This document shows positions 50,676 to 64,000 of a DNA stretch of 64,000 nucleotides, piece after piece; position 1 is the stretch's first letter; each line of letters opens with the position of its first letter. Position numbers and translations under genes: made by a program. Origin of the DNA: Balanoglossus misakiensis (Eukaryota; Animalia; Hemichordata); contig CM082587.2 of assembly GCA_040954595.2 (NCBI GenBank), positions 9,987,403 to 10,051,402 of the forward strand, written 5' to 3'. Below the pieces are notes generated by a model that worked only from the letters and a program-made list of their open reading frames with translations, ran no database searches and was not told the DNA's origin.

Positions 50676-50870
50676 AGGGACAAAGTCTCTCTCTCGCAGC
50701 CCTTTTTCCATAAATTATGTTTGATACAAGACACTGTTTATGATATTCTACATGCGGATATATAGTGAATCAACATTTGACCACACACATCTTCCATCAC
50801 GTTTGTGGGATATGAAAGTAAAAATCTCGCCAAAATGAATATTATTCATTTTGTGGAGTTTTTCACTCTC
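50676..50870. mobile_element. Truncated copy of the 59578-59924 MITE
   Basis: TTAA-AGGGACAAAGTCTCTCTCTC, colinear. Confidence 0.75.
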
Positions 50871-52979
50871 GTGAGATTGGAGAGGGAGGCAGACTCTGAT
50901 GAGGCCGAGGCTGCGTTGCTAGAAAAGCAGATTGTGCAGGAACTGCTTCATGATGACAGTGATAGTGACAATGATGATGCTGGCACGTCATTCAATGATA
51001 TATCAAGAGCATCATGTGATCAAGAGAGGCTCAGAGCAATGGCAAAACTTAAGGTTATTACCTGGATTACTGTGTTGCTTATCTCTTTTAAGAATACTGT
51101 CACGACTAGCTTTTCCTCCACAGCTTTTGACATATAATGTCAAAAAGTTTGATAATTTAACATTTCTGCATACAGAGAGAAAGATGTAGCAAGAAAGAGG
51201 GATTACCCAGGGATGCAGGCTATACTTTCAGGAGACTCGACAAGGCGCTGGGTGAAATTCGTGTGTACAGCCAGGCCTCCCATGGGAAATCATTAATTGG
51301 AAACCATGTGGACAAATGCTGCCAGGTTCTCATTCTTACTGTCTATTTTTAAAATTGTTTTATTATTTCAATATTCAATAGCTGACAATTATTATGAAAC
51401 TGTTACTTCATTTCCAGGAGAAATGTGAATGCAGGAAGTGTAAAATGAAAAATACACACTAAAATATATAGACTTATTGGGAATATAGTATTACTGTAGA
51501 AATTCATTTCCTTGTAATTATTGTATAAAAATTGAAAAATGTGTGAAAAAAGTAAAAATATTACCGTGGCCATTATGAATATATAATGAGGTCACGTGTT
51601 ACATTTGCATATTTTCGGGTACACTTTTGGGTGAATCCATAGTTGTAATGGCTCACTGGGATAAATCTTTAATAATATCAGAAGTCAGGTACATATACAT
51701 GGTGCTTTAAAATGTTCTTGAGTTCTCATGGTCCCTTGGTTGAAATGTTTAAGCAAAATGGTATGTATTTTTAACATAAAGGTATCATTAGTAACAAATT
51801 TAATTCAAACACAACCTTTAACCATGCTTTAACCTGCCAAAAAGTGTATGTCAACTTGAAGAAATGTCCCGAGGTCAATATTATGACTTCTGCTAAAAAG
51901 GGCGCCATCTTGAAGTAGCAAATGGAGAAACCACAATATTCTTCGCGTGTTTGTACTTCTTTACTCCAACTAGAATTCAGACCTATAACAGGTGTACTAT
52001 GTGTATTAACTATTTAAGTACACAGTCACAGTCGAATTATGGGAATTTTTACTCATTGGTTATGTCTTTGAGGCTACCACATAGGGACTTTTTGACAGAT
52101 GTTCTGTGTTTAAGAGCTGATTGTCTCTTCCACATTTGTTTCCTACAAAGTTTGGCAACTGCGTGGCCAGGGATTTAAAAAAAAAACACTTTACAACATT
52201 TTCTAAAATGAATAACCCCAGCCCATCACACTGTCCCCTAAGTGCCTTCTCCATCTGATACTTCACCTAGGTGTCACACATGACATCCTCAAATAAGTTA
52301 TCATTTAACATATTTGGTGCAGCAAGTGTCCTGACGTCTACGTATGAGCCAGTAGGGGTTTACCCCCCCCCCCCCCGGGGAAATTTTCGAGACAATGTTT
52401 TTCTGAAAGCCTATCATATACTGAGTAAAATTCACTTTGTTTGCCATCTGGGCACCGGGGCGTTTTCGAGTTATTGGCTTCTAAATTATATTGGGTAACG
52501 TATGTAGGAAAGCCTAAAAGTGCATATAAATTGACGTAGGGGGGTAAATTAGTCTTGTAAAATACTGTCTCTCTGAACATATACCTCGAACAACAGGGAT
52601 GTATTTGGTATCAAAAGAAAGCTTAATAAACAAGCTTTCCATTAATTACAAACTAAAAGTGATATGACAAATCATGACATCATAGTGACGTCATAAGTCA
52701 AAATACCCTTACGAAAATGGTGTTCTGTTCACCTATAAATGTGAGGTTTTGCAAAACATGTCTCTGTGCAATTGTACTGATGAAAACTGTGATGTGTTTG
52801 ATATCAACAGAAAGCTGATTGAGTAAAGTATCTAATTATTGCAAACAATTGATATAATAATCAATTACGTCATCATTACGTCATACTTCCAAGTACCTTT
52901 ACCAATTAGTGACTATGATGACAAGTTATTACCCTAGGGGATAGGTGCCTTTAAATAAAAAAATTGGTAAGGAAGGTTT

Positions 52980-53515
52980 GTGAAGTCCATTCTATGTAAA
53001 AAATGGTGCTGATTCCAAAAAAGTCAGTCTTATTGACCCCACCCAAGACAAAATTGCCATTTTGGCACTTTTTAACCCCAAAAAAGGTCATTTTTAGAAA
53101 ACACTAAAAACACACTGTTTTCGTCACATTCGAAGATCTGATGACATATGATATGTTTCTTCTATGTAAAATTTGGTTGATATTACGAAAAAAGCAGTCT
53201 GACTGACCCCAAACGAGACAGAATTGCCTTTTTGACCATTTTTTGCCCAAAAACGTCATTTTTAGACAAAACTTAAAACACACTCTTCTCTTCATATTGA
53301 TTTATTTGATGATATATGGAAAGTCAATTCTATGTGTAAAATGGTGACTATAAAACATAAAGCAGTCTTTTTGACCCCAATCAATACAAAAATGCCATTT
53401 TTGGCCACATTTTTGAGGTCGAAAAGGTCATATTTACAAAAAAACTAAAAACAAACTGTTTTCTTCACATTCAGAGATCTGATTATGTATGAAAAGTCCA
53501 TTCTATGTAAAAAAA
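52980..53515. repeat. Diverged minisatellite, period about 170 bp
   Basis: Recurring TTCTATGT..AAA..GG and GTC..TGACCCC motifs. Confidence 0.65.
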
Positions 53516-53714
53516 ATCTGATGAAGCATGTTTGCTTGTAGAATTTGTTGTTTAATTAAAAAGTATTGTTACGTAACATTTCCATGAGGTATGTTTGTTT
53601 AGATTTGTTTCGTGTAAACATGACACTCTATTTAAGATCTCGACATTGATATCAGTAATTCTGGTCAGACGTGTACTAGCTGACGCCAAGTCTCTGATAA
53701 TCGTGAGAGAATCG

Positions 53715-54040
53715 TGTCCTTCGCCCTCAAATATGGAAATATGACTGTCCTTCGCTTCCCCTATCCCTAAAATATGGAGATATCAGCGTCCTTCGCTTTC
53801 CTACGGCCTAAATTACGGAGCTACACCTGTCCTTCGGCTTTAATTACTGAGCTAAACCTGTCCTTCGGCCACCAGCATAGAGAAAACCGTGTGCTTCGCA
53901 CTAAAATATGGATTAATCAGCGTCCTTCGCTTTCCTTCGGCCTAAATTACGGAGCTACACCTGTCCTTCGGCTTTAATTACTGAGCTAAACCTGTCCCTC
54001 GGCCTCCAGCATACAGAAAACCTTGTCCTTCGCACTAATA
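53715..54040. repeat. Array of GTCCTTCG motifs including a 135-bp tandem duplication
   Basis: About 10 motifs spaced about 30-40 bp apart; unit starts at 53782 and 53917. Confidence 0.8.
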
Positions 54041-55429
54041 ATTTAAGCACGATAGTCTAGTAGTACGCGTAGCGGTGGAAATGAAACTTCCATGTCCGTG
54101 GGATTTCAGCATGATGAAATGCAACTGTAATTCAACCACAGTTCTGTCATGATGGGATGTTATGAAATGCAACTACGCTTTTCATACAACCACGGGTATG
54201 TCACTCGGCAAACTAATTCGACGTTCGACAATATAAATAAACTAAATTTCTAGTAACATGCATCAAAAACGTGTATTCAAATGTCTACTGCAAACGATGA
54301 AAGCAGCTAACACAACCCTTTCCAGAATTGCGACTTTTCAACGACCAAACTACGTACGATGTAAGCTTACGTAGGCTTACAGAAAGACCGACCAACCTCC
54401 AAATTCAAGCTAAACGGAAATTCACTGAAATTCCCCTAACCTTTCAATTCTGGTCGGTTGTGCTTTGCTTTAACTTGCCCTCTGAACCCCGTGGTGGACC
54501 TATATTACCGGCCACAAAGGGGACACGAAATTAACAGTTGTTTTCTTGCTTCTGTCGCCGTCAGAAATGGACGTACTAGATGTAGGCCCGCAACGTACTT
54601 GTACGCGGCTCTAGGAAATCGTCGCCGTTTTCGCAAACTCCCTCTTCAAGGTGTACTTCCGCATCACTCCAGTCTAAAAGTCTTCGATATTCGCCATTAT
54701 TTATGATAGACCAAAAAAAATTGACGAGCGCCTTTATCGTACGGTCGATCTTACATATAAAAACACAGAGAAGTTTTGTAAGTGGCAGTGCGCTTGCGCA
54801 GAACTTTATTCACATATCATTTGCATAACAATATCCGAGACAGACAAAAATGTTCGATATGCGTCGTTTCCAATCCCTGTAAGGTATAGTAGTCACAGAT
54901 TTGAGGTAATACGAGGCTGTCTTTTGCACACTCTAGCGTAAAACGGAAAGAAAGGCCAGAATTGCTGTGCGTCGAGTGAAAGGCCAGTATCGACGTGCGT
55001 CGAGTCACCGAACTGTTTATTAGACTTTGAGCTGGTTAGGAATTTTGTTTGGTCACATTGTCACGCTCGAGTTTAGTGTGTAGTTTTATTGTAAATATTT
55101 TGAACATTTTGTGAATATTATATTAACACTGTAATATATTAACACTGTAAATAGACCGGTATGTTGTACGTGTGCTGTCTTTGACCATTTCTTTTGCTGC
55201 GGCCTGTTGGCCTGTTTGGGTGTAAAACAAGCCACTCGGTCAGGTAAATTGGCCTCTCTATTCTCCGCATATTTTTGGCTCGGACGGCCTGCGGGTCGTA
55301 ACAAATCGGGGCTTGTCCGGGGTCGGATCGAATACTCATTTGAGTTTTCCTTCCTCCATCCCTGGGATAAATATTTCACATTCAATTTTTAGCATATTGT
55401 AGCTCGATGGTCAACGCAGAGACGTATAC

Positions 55430-55704
55430 TTAAGCAATAAAACACCCCCAGCCATGGTATACCACGAGATTTTGACCAGTTCACGACATATACGCACGAG
55501 CGATAGCGAGTGCGTATATGGAGTGCGTATATTGCTATTTTATTATGCCAGTATATTGAAACTTTGCATAAAACATTTTAAAAAGGCATTTTCTTTGACT
55601 ATGATATATGACTGTGGTATATGGCTAATATATCACGGTCACGTGTCGTGTCTCGACCAATCAAATAGCGTGATTTACACCATCAATATACTGGTATAAT
55701 ATAA
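55430..55704 (+). mobile_element. Crypton-like non-autonomous element inserted in the Gypsy leader
   Basis: Reverse complement of 38660-38970 with most of one hairpin arm deleted. Confidence 0.7.
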
Positions 55705-58678
55705 TATTGTATATATACTTTTGGTTGTTTGTACATAGATAGATATAGATATAGATATAATTAAAGCTATAGCTATTGAATTAGACTTGGAAAATTCTGA
55801 TGATGGGACCGAGCTTCAAACGGGCGTAACACGGGATATAGAATTGGCTAAATTGGAATTAAAAAGACAACAAGAGCTGTGTAGGGAAAGATTAAGAATT
55901 TTGCAAGCAGAAAGGGATAGAGAAAGAGAGCAATATGATATTAAAAAATTGGAGCTTGAATTTAATTTGCAGGAGAGTGTGCGTATCCAAAATGAGTTTG
56001 ACGTCAGAAAGTATATCAAATTAGTGCCTAAATTTTCTGAGAGCGAGGTGGAAACTTATTTCATAGAAAATCGACTTAAATGGCCAGCTGAGTACTGGAC
56101 CACCTTATTGCAAAGTGAACTCGTTGGTAAAGCTCAGGAAGTTTTCTCGTCTCTGTCTGATAAAGAATCCCAAGACTATCAATTGGTCAAGAAAACAATC
56201 TTATCAGCGTACGAGTTGGTACCAGAAGCCTATCGACAGAAATTTTGCAATTTGAAACGACAATCCAGGCAGACATATGTTGACTTTGCGAGAGAGAAAG
56301 AGCTCATTTTTGATAGGTTGTATCGATCTCTTCAGAAGAAGAATCATTTGATAACTTGAGAAAGCTTATTCTAATGGAAGAATTTAAAAATAGTGTTCCC
56401 CTTGATATTAACACCCATTTGAATGAACATAACGTTTTTTTATTTGAAACAAGCAGCAGTGATTGCAGATGATTATGAATTAACACACAGAAAATTTAAC
56501 ACTCCGTATAATCATAGATGGACTAAAGAGAGTAATCAAAAGCAGAAACTCGAGAGACATCTAGTAATGATAGTCATTCTGTAAAATCAAGGAAATCTAC
56601 CAACAATGGATACCGAACTAAACGGGGTCAAAATTCATTTGGTAAGGACCTATTTGTTACCATTGTGGAAAGCAGGGACATGTCAAATCAAATTGTTTTC
56701 TATTGCAAAGAGACCAAAAACAAGCATCTTCCTCCAAACCCATTGCATTCATTAATACAGCCGCTAAGCGTACAGTTTTGGATAATAGTCAGTATAAACG
56801 GGCGCAACCCTACCCATCTTTTACTGCTAAACCACCTGTTGTTCACCATGATAAATCTGTACCTGAAAGTTATAAAGATTTCATATTTAAGGGAGAAGTT
56901 AGATCCACTACAGGGGATGAAAATAAACCAGTGCTTATCCTTAGGGACACTGGAGCTGCCCAATCTTTGATGTTGTCCAATATCTTGCCTAGAATGTCTG
57001 ACCTTCCTGTTAATTCAAGTATTTTGATCAGAGCTACTGATGGTCATTTTATATCCATGCCCTTGTGTAATGTCCATTTCAAGTCAGAGCTAGTTTCTGG
57101 ACCTGTGACTGTAGGCATTGTTTCAAATTTGCCCATTGACGGTGTTGATTTTCTCCTTGGAAATGATTTGGCCGGAATTAAGGTGTATCCTTCTCCTCTG
57201 GTAACATCTGAAGCTAAAGTCATGGACGAAACTGAAAATTTGGCCATGAAATCCCATTATGATCAATCCAGTAAAGAACGGCATTTTGAACCAGGTGATA
57301 ATGTGTTAGTTTTGCTAAAAATAAGAGGCGATCCTTTGTCCGTTAAGTTCAGTGATCCATATCAAGTGGAGAAGAAATTTATTGACGTCAACTACGTCGT
57401 AATCAATCCTGATCGACGCAACACCCGTACAGTATGTCACGTTATTATGCTCAAACGTTATTACTGTACAGATGGTGAGTCTATTTGTCAGTCAGAGTGC
57501 GCCACAGTTGTAGCAGATGAAATCGACGAGATTGAATCTCAACTACCACAAGTAGAATCCAAAAAGATGAAGTTGTCAAATTCAGAAGTTTTAGCTGATT
57601 TACCATCCAAACTTTCACATTTACCAGAGAGTAAAATAAATGACGTCATTGGTCTAATTAACCAGCACCCATCTACCTTTTCTGATGAACCTGGTTGCAC
57701 TTCACTTACTACACATGATATTGACGTTGGCCACGCAATGCCAATTAAACAACACCCTTATAGAGCAAATCCCATTAAATTAGCAGAAGTAAGAAAAGAG
57801 TTTGAATATATGTTGTAACACAAATTAATCGAACCAAGTGAAAGCAGTTGGAGTTCCCCTATTATACTTATACCAAAGGGAGATAAATTGGAAAGTCTAC
57901 CAATGTAACCAAAATAGATCTTCAGAAAGGTTACTGGCAGGTACCATTATCGGATAGAGCCAAAGAAATCTCTGCATTTGTCACACCGGATGGGTTATAG
58001 CAATTTAGGGTCAGGCCCTTTGGCCTGAAAAACGCCCCCGCTACTTTCCAACGATTAATGAATGAAGTCTTAGTTGGTTTGAATTTTTGTGCAGGATATC
58101 TTCATGATCTTTTGATATACAGTATGGCATGGGATGATAATATAAATAACTTATCTGTAATATTTAATAAACTTGAAGATGCTGGTCTCGTAATAAATTT
58201 GCAGGAAAGTGAATTCACCTAAGCCTAAGTTTCTTATCTTGAACATAACATAGGAAACGGTAAAGTGGCGCCGCAGCAGTGCAAAGTTCAGGCCATAGTT
58301 CAAATTCCTCCTCCCAGTACAAAGCGATAACTTATGAGGTTTTTGGGGATGACTGGATTTTATAGGAAATATTGTGCTAACTACCATTGTGGCCCCACTT
58401 ACCGACCTCCTGAAAAAATGTAAAATTTAAGTGGTCCGACTCCTGTCAGGATGCTTTTGAAAACCTCAAAGCTCTTTTGATCAACAATCCTGTGTTGGTA
58501 ACCCCGGATTTCACTAAACCATTTAAATTAGCTGTCGATGCCAGTGATGTTGCTGTTGGCTCTGTGTTATTACAGGATGAAGACTATGGCATTGAACATC
58601 CGGTTGGTTACTTCTCCAGAAAATCAAGTGTACATGTACACCAAAAGAATTATTCAACAATCGAAAAAGAGGCTTTAA

Positions 58679-61587
58679 GATGGGTCCCCCGGATCTTTTT
58701 GCCCGTTGCTATGGGCCTTTGCAGGACATTACACCCCGATTTGGACTAAGCCGTTTTCAGAGTCTAACAAGGGGCTGGTAACTAGTTGAAAATCTGCACG
58801 GTTGTGAGCGCGCGCCCCCTGACGCCATTGATATGCAAATTAGCTAGGTCAAATTTCAAAAGCCTAAGGCTTTTTATTCCGTGACCTCAAAAACGAACTT
58901 GATACGTATTCATTAGTTGCTTGAACCAGGGAAGATCCAGTCTGATTTCAGGGTACCTAATTTACATGCATTTGCATAAAATCATTTCAAATGAACAGCG
59001 CCCCCGTGCTTAAGTATGTGTCCGTTAGGATTTTTTCCCGAGGTACCGATAATCTCACTTTTCCAGCTTAATACTGCGTTAGAAGAATTATTCTCATCCC
59101 GAAACTGACGTATACCCGGTAAGTTGCTGTTTCTATCATATTTCACGCCATTGTTAGTCCAAAGAATTAGGTTATACGCGTTTCGAGTGGTGTGCCCGTA
59201 CGGACTTTCACGATTTTTCCGTGATTTTCAACACTGCCCCGCGTCTAAGTGCCGGTTTTTAAATATCGAAAATTGACATAAATCGTTGAGTTGATTATTG
59301 TTTTATCGAAATTTGCGTATTTTTAGTCTGCTCAAGGTCCGGAAAAATTGCGAACGCCTGTTTACTGAGTGTGTGTATGTACCGTGTTCTAACATGGCGG
59401 TGGAAGGAATCCTAGGAATCCATACCCGGAAGTAGCGAATGCGCGACTGTGGCAAGCTATTTTCGATCATTATGTCCCGGTCCAATTTCGTAATTTTCTT
59501 GCTGAGAGCTCTGATTGGACATGATTTTTGGCGCAATGATGGGACAGTAGGTGTCCAGACGTCATCGTAGACCTTAAAAGGACAAAGTCTCTCTCTAGCT
59601 GCCCTTTTTTCCATTAATTATATTTGATACAAGACACCGTTTGTTATTCTACATGTGGATATATAGTGAATCAACGTTCAACCACACACAACTTCCATCC
59701 CTCTTATAGACAGGAGAGTGAAAAAACTCGCCAAAATGAATAATCGTTCTTTACCATTTATTCATTTTGGGCGAGTTTTTACTCTCATATCTTACAAGTG
59801 GGATGGAAGTTGTGTGTGGTCGAATGTAGATTTACTATATATCCACATGTACATTAACATAAACAGTGTCTTGTATCAAACATAATTAATGGAAAAAGGG
59901 CAGCGAGAGAGAGACTTTGTCCCTTTAAGTAAGCGCGCCGGGGGGAAAGTTTCCCGGGCAGCATCATTCCTTGCTTGGCGTGCACTGTTGCAGCAGTGTC
60001 GTGTGTGTGTGGAAGCCGGAGCAAGTGTTTCTCAAATCTCTTGTTGAGAACTTCACCAATAATTATCGTACGCCTTACAGTTTGTTTCTTTGTCTTTCAG
60101 GAGACAACGAAGAAAGAAGTGCGTCTGTGCTGATCGATCGGTGTTTTACTGCCTGTAGTGTGGTTGGTGGCCAGTTCCCACACTTTTTTGCATTCAGGAG
60201 TTTCCTTTATTAATCTTGCTTTCCTCAGTTGTTACCTTTTATATATTATATTGTATTTATTTGACAATAAAAATTAAAAAGGTAAATTTCATTAACTGTT
60301 ATTGTTTGAGTATTACTGAACAGGCATTTTCCAGTGTGTAGGAGTAGTCTGTGTGGTTTTAGTTTGACTGACAATTGTCTAGTCTGCACTGTGCAGAGTT
60401 TTTGTGAACTGATATTTAGTCTAGTCTTTGCAGGGTGTGTGTGTGTGAACTGGCATTTGTCTGGGCTGTCTGTGCAGAGTGACAGTGAAAGGCTTTTGTC
60501 CAGTCTGGGCATAGTAACTGATTGGGCATTTATCAGTCTGTCTATGCAAGTCATATTTTTCTATAGTCATTTTCAGTCTTTTAACTGCAACATACTTTGT
60601 CTTTGTGAAGCTTTTCATAATGGTGAGAAAGGGGTCGTTTGTGTTTTCCTCCAAGAGTAGAGATAGTTTGCTGGTTTTAAATAGACTGCTGAGGTCTATG
60701 GCAAATGCCACGGATGGAAGGAATAACATTCTAAACTCCATAAAGACCACTATACATAACAAACTGTGAAAACACTAGAAGTGGTAAAAACACCAGTAGA
60801 AGTTATATTGACAGAGTAAGTGAAGATGATTCGATTCTAGAAATGATTATGAATGAAGAAATGATGGATACTTTTGAAACGTTTGACATACTAGAGATAG
60901 AAGAGGTAGAACAGGAATACCAATTACCTGAGGAAGATTTACAAGAGAGTACAACAAATGCATATGAAATTGATACAAATAATTACAGTGATTATTCAGA
61001 TATGGTGTTAGAAAACTAAATGTAGAATTATAAGGCTGGCAATAATTTTATTGATTGAAAAAATATACATAAAATTCTTAAATTAGAAATAATCAAAAAG
61101 AAAAAAAAATGTTTTAAAAATTGCCAAATTACCAATCAATGTCAGAAAAAGGAGAGTTGGACCAGTGTAGTCTGTTGTAGCACGGTCACTCCACACAGTG
61201 TGTGGAGTGACCGTGGTCACACTGTGCGGAAGTGCGTTCTCAACAAGCAGGTCAAATTTGACTGGCGTACGTGGCCTATGAAAAAAAGCCTTTAAGGGAT
61301 TTTCGTGAACGGTACAAAATCTCTGATGTTTAGCGTTCGATCCAGTTACTGTGGTTACAGGACGCGCACGCTATCGCTGACCGCTGCTTTGCCGTATTAG
61401 CGTGGCGGCCTATGGCCGGGCGGTAGCTGCCGTAAACATACTCGGACAGGCGGTGTGCACACAATCGTGTGTATTTTTAACTAGTTACAAGCCCCTTGTC
61501 GGACGTTCATAACGGTTTCGATCAAAATTGAGTGTAGTGTCCTATAAAGGCCCATAGCAACGAGCAAAAAGATACGGGGGACCCATC
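58679..61587. mobile_element. 2.9-kb TTAA-specific non-autonomous DNA transposon with about 115-bp imperfect TIRs (Kolobok/Sola3-like)
   Basis: TTAA-GATGGGTCCCCCG ... CGGGGGACCCATC-TTAA; removing it restores EKEALSLVLALQHF in RNase H. Confidence 0.9.
59578..59924. mobile_element. Palindromic TTAA MITE (Kolobok-like) nested in the 2.9-kb element
   Basis: TTAA-AAGGACAAAGTCTCTCTC ... GAGAGAGACTTTGTCCCT-TTAA; long inverted arms. Confidence 0.85.
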
Positions 61588-64000
61588 TTAAGTCTAGTTT
61601 TAGCCTTGCAGCACTTTGAAATTTATGTCACCAATGGAATAGACGATGTCGTTGTGTACACAGATCACAATCCACTTGTATTCCTGGAGAAATTTAAAAC
61701 TAAGAGTCGACGTTTATTTCGATGGAGCTTGTTATTACTGCCTTACTCACTTCAGGTAGTACATATTTCCGGTAGAGATAATGTAATTGCTGATCTTCTT
61801 TCAAGAACCTAAATACTGAATTGCATAGTCTGTATTTTGTGAATATGAGTAGCGTACAGAATAACTGTACAAGAATATATTTTCCTGTTGAAAAAAACGC
61901 CACTTTGTAACGTTTTTCTTTCTTTTGAAGGGGAGGTGTGGTGAAGTTTATTGTTTGTTTTGTTTCGTGGCCAGGTGCACCTATGTTGATTGCTTTATTT
62001 AACATATAAGCGTGAGCAGGTGTTAATTATTTGTGCTCGTATAAAAAGCCATGCACCCAGTGCCACGTTGTCGTGTGGCTCATTTGATTCTGGTCCGGTA
62101 GCTGTGCCGTCGCATTGTCGCGGAGTTTGGGAGCCCACCGTACGGAGTTTGCCTGTCTACTGTGGTAGCTGAGGATTGACACTGCCGAAGGGACTTGGTG
62201 AAGCCGTGGTGGATGTTTCCGAGGACGCCGCGTGGAATTTGGGAGCCGTCCTGAGGGAGCGCGTTTCCGGGTCACCGTGGAACTGCATTTGAGGTAATAC
62301 GTGGCTGTCTTTTGAACATTGGCGTAAAACTGACAGAAAGGCAAGAATTGTTGTGCGTCGAGTGAAAGGCCAGTATCGTCTTGCGTCGAGTCACCGAACT
62401 GTTTATTAGACTTTGAACTGGTTAGGAATTTAGTTTGGTCACCTGGTCACGCTCGAGTTTAGTTTGTAGTTTATTGTAAATATTATTTAACATGTTGTGA
62501 ATATTACTCGTATCTGCAATTAAATTAACACCGTAAATAGACTGGTATGTTGTAAGTGTGTTGTCTTTGACCATTTCTTTTGCCGCGGCCTGTTGGCCGG
62601 TGCGGGGGTAAAACAAGCCACCCGGTCAGGTAAATTGGCCTCTCTATTATCCGCGTATTTTTGGCTCGGACGGCCTGCGGGTCGTAGCAATGGCTAAGAA
62701 AGTTAAAACTAAAGCAATATTTATGAGAAATTTTAAACATGGAGTGTACACACTTTACAGAAACGTATTCACTTCCCTACATGACCGAAAATGCGTCAGT
62801 TAGAAATTCCATCCTTGATAATCATATCCCCAGTCACAATACAATTATTGTTTTGCATACCATATACATGTACTAGCATGAATCACTTCAACATTTTTCA
62901 AAAGGCATGGTTTAAAGATTCGGTCAGTGTGAGAACGTTCACACTTACTAAGAGCTTTCTCAGGTTGAACATTATATAGCTATTCATTTGGTAATGCACA
63001 CGTTCTTGTACAGTCATTAATATGAAACGTTATTACAGGGACAATCATTGTTTTGCCGCGTTGCAAATCATCGTTATTTCGACCGAACGTATACGAAGCA
63101 GCATATTGTCGAGTTTTTTCAAGCGCCTACTTCTGCCGTACATTTTTGCGATTCCTCGCAAGTTGGATTTTCCATTTCGCTGCCTCTGAGGGGCCAATAT
63201 TTCTGTTGTTGTTTCTTTGGAAAATTTACTAATATATAAGTTTATCCCACCCGAACGTGTACGGGGAACGGACCATTAAATGTAAAGCTTGGAGAGGGCG
63301 CTCATTTGCAGTGACGTCATAACACAGTACATTTTAAAATGCATAAATGTGTTTTACCATCGAAACTGTTCCTCAGTCTGATTTTTGTAGTATTGTACTA
63401 GGAGTACGTTTGGTTTTTTGCTGTTCAGGTTTAGAGACCACATTTGACAGCAGCAGAAAGCGATACACTCGAGAACCCGGGTAGGCTATTTGCATATGCA
63501 AATGAGAATTTCTTTCAAATGTTCAGCTCCCGAGATAGGAGAATGGCGACCGTTGGAACATTTTACGAATACAGAGGCAGTTGCTTGTAACAGCGCAAGC
63601 CGGGGGAACAAAGTTGTCAATACAGAACGATAACCCCGTGTTCATAATAAGAATTGTATATCAGGGAATTTCAATTTTGGGGGGGCTGTATCTGCGCAAA
63701 ATAAAGCGAATGACAGCCGTGATTCTTATAGCAATTTTGTCAAAACTTCTTAATTTGTATCAGGGTTAGATTGTTATGCCATTCCGGTAAATATTTTGAG
63801 AGTCTAAATCTGCCACTTTCAATGCTACTGTTTTGAGAATTTATGAAAAAACACTTCTACTAATTTTATTTTCATTTTTGCACATAGTTCAGCCAAAAGA
63901 AGATTTAGTGATGGAATAAACCTGCTTGCATGGGCGCCGTGCATTTTTTGTCAGTATAAACTGCCGTCTTGATCTTCGCTACGAAACTGTGCTATTGAAC

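Larger units (their letters stand above)
55787..61812 (+). pseudogene. gag-pol remnant: SCAN-like gag, protease, integrase C-terminus, RT, RNase H
   Basis: LVPEAYRQKF, ILRDTGA, FEPGDNVLVL..PYQV..VNYVV, DLQKGYWQ, PFGLKNAPATFQR, AVDASD, YTDHNPL..NVIADLLSR; many stops, deletions and an insertion. Confidence 0.9.
54899..62689 (+). mobile_element. Decayed Gmr1-type Ty3/Gypsy LTR retrotransposon
   Basis: Truncated 5' LTR 54899-55303; tRNA-Pro-like PBS about 55305-55322; PPT GAAGGGGAGG; 3' LTR TG..CA 61937-62689. Confidence 0.92.

Noticed and set aside
49950-51280. Possible exons of a further gene or transposon
   Set aside because: Coding-like composition, but no consistent frame or motif could be established.

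Overview
AT-rich, repeat-dense eukaryotic DNA, most likely from a marine invertebrate (inferred from the transposon spectrum). The main element is an apparently intact 6.35-kb tyrosine-recombinase (YR) retrotransposon (41245-47597). It has PAT/TOC1-style split direct repeats, a gag, an RT-RNaseH-adenine methyltransferase ORF and an ALOG-domain YR, and it sits inside a MITE. One 5' ATG exon has a phase-0 donor, and all three ORFs begin at phase-0 AG acceptors, which suggests they are expressed by alternative splicing. The window also holds an apparently intact three-exon Crypton (YR DNA transposon, with a GC-AG intron) and a decayed Gmr1-type Gypsy element with nested insertions. Several hairpin-bearing non-autonomous elements and many MITEs with readable TIRs/TSDs are present. 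Host-type genes are decayed: a C2H2 zinc-finger gene, a sulfotransferase, an acyl-CoA synthetase fragment and a possible spliced coiled-coil gene. All calls were made by eye; no database searches were run.
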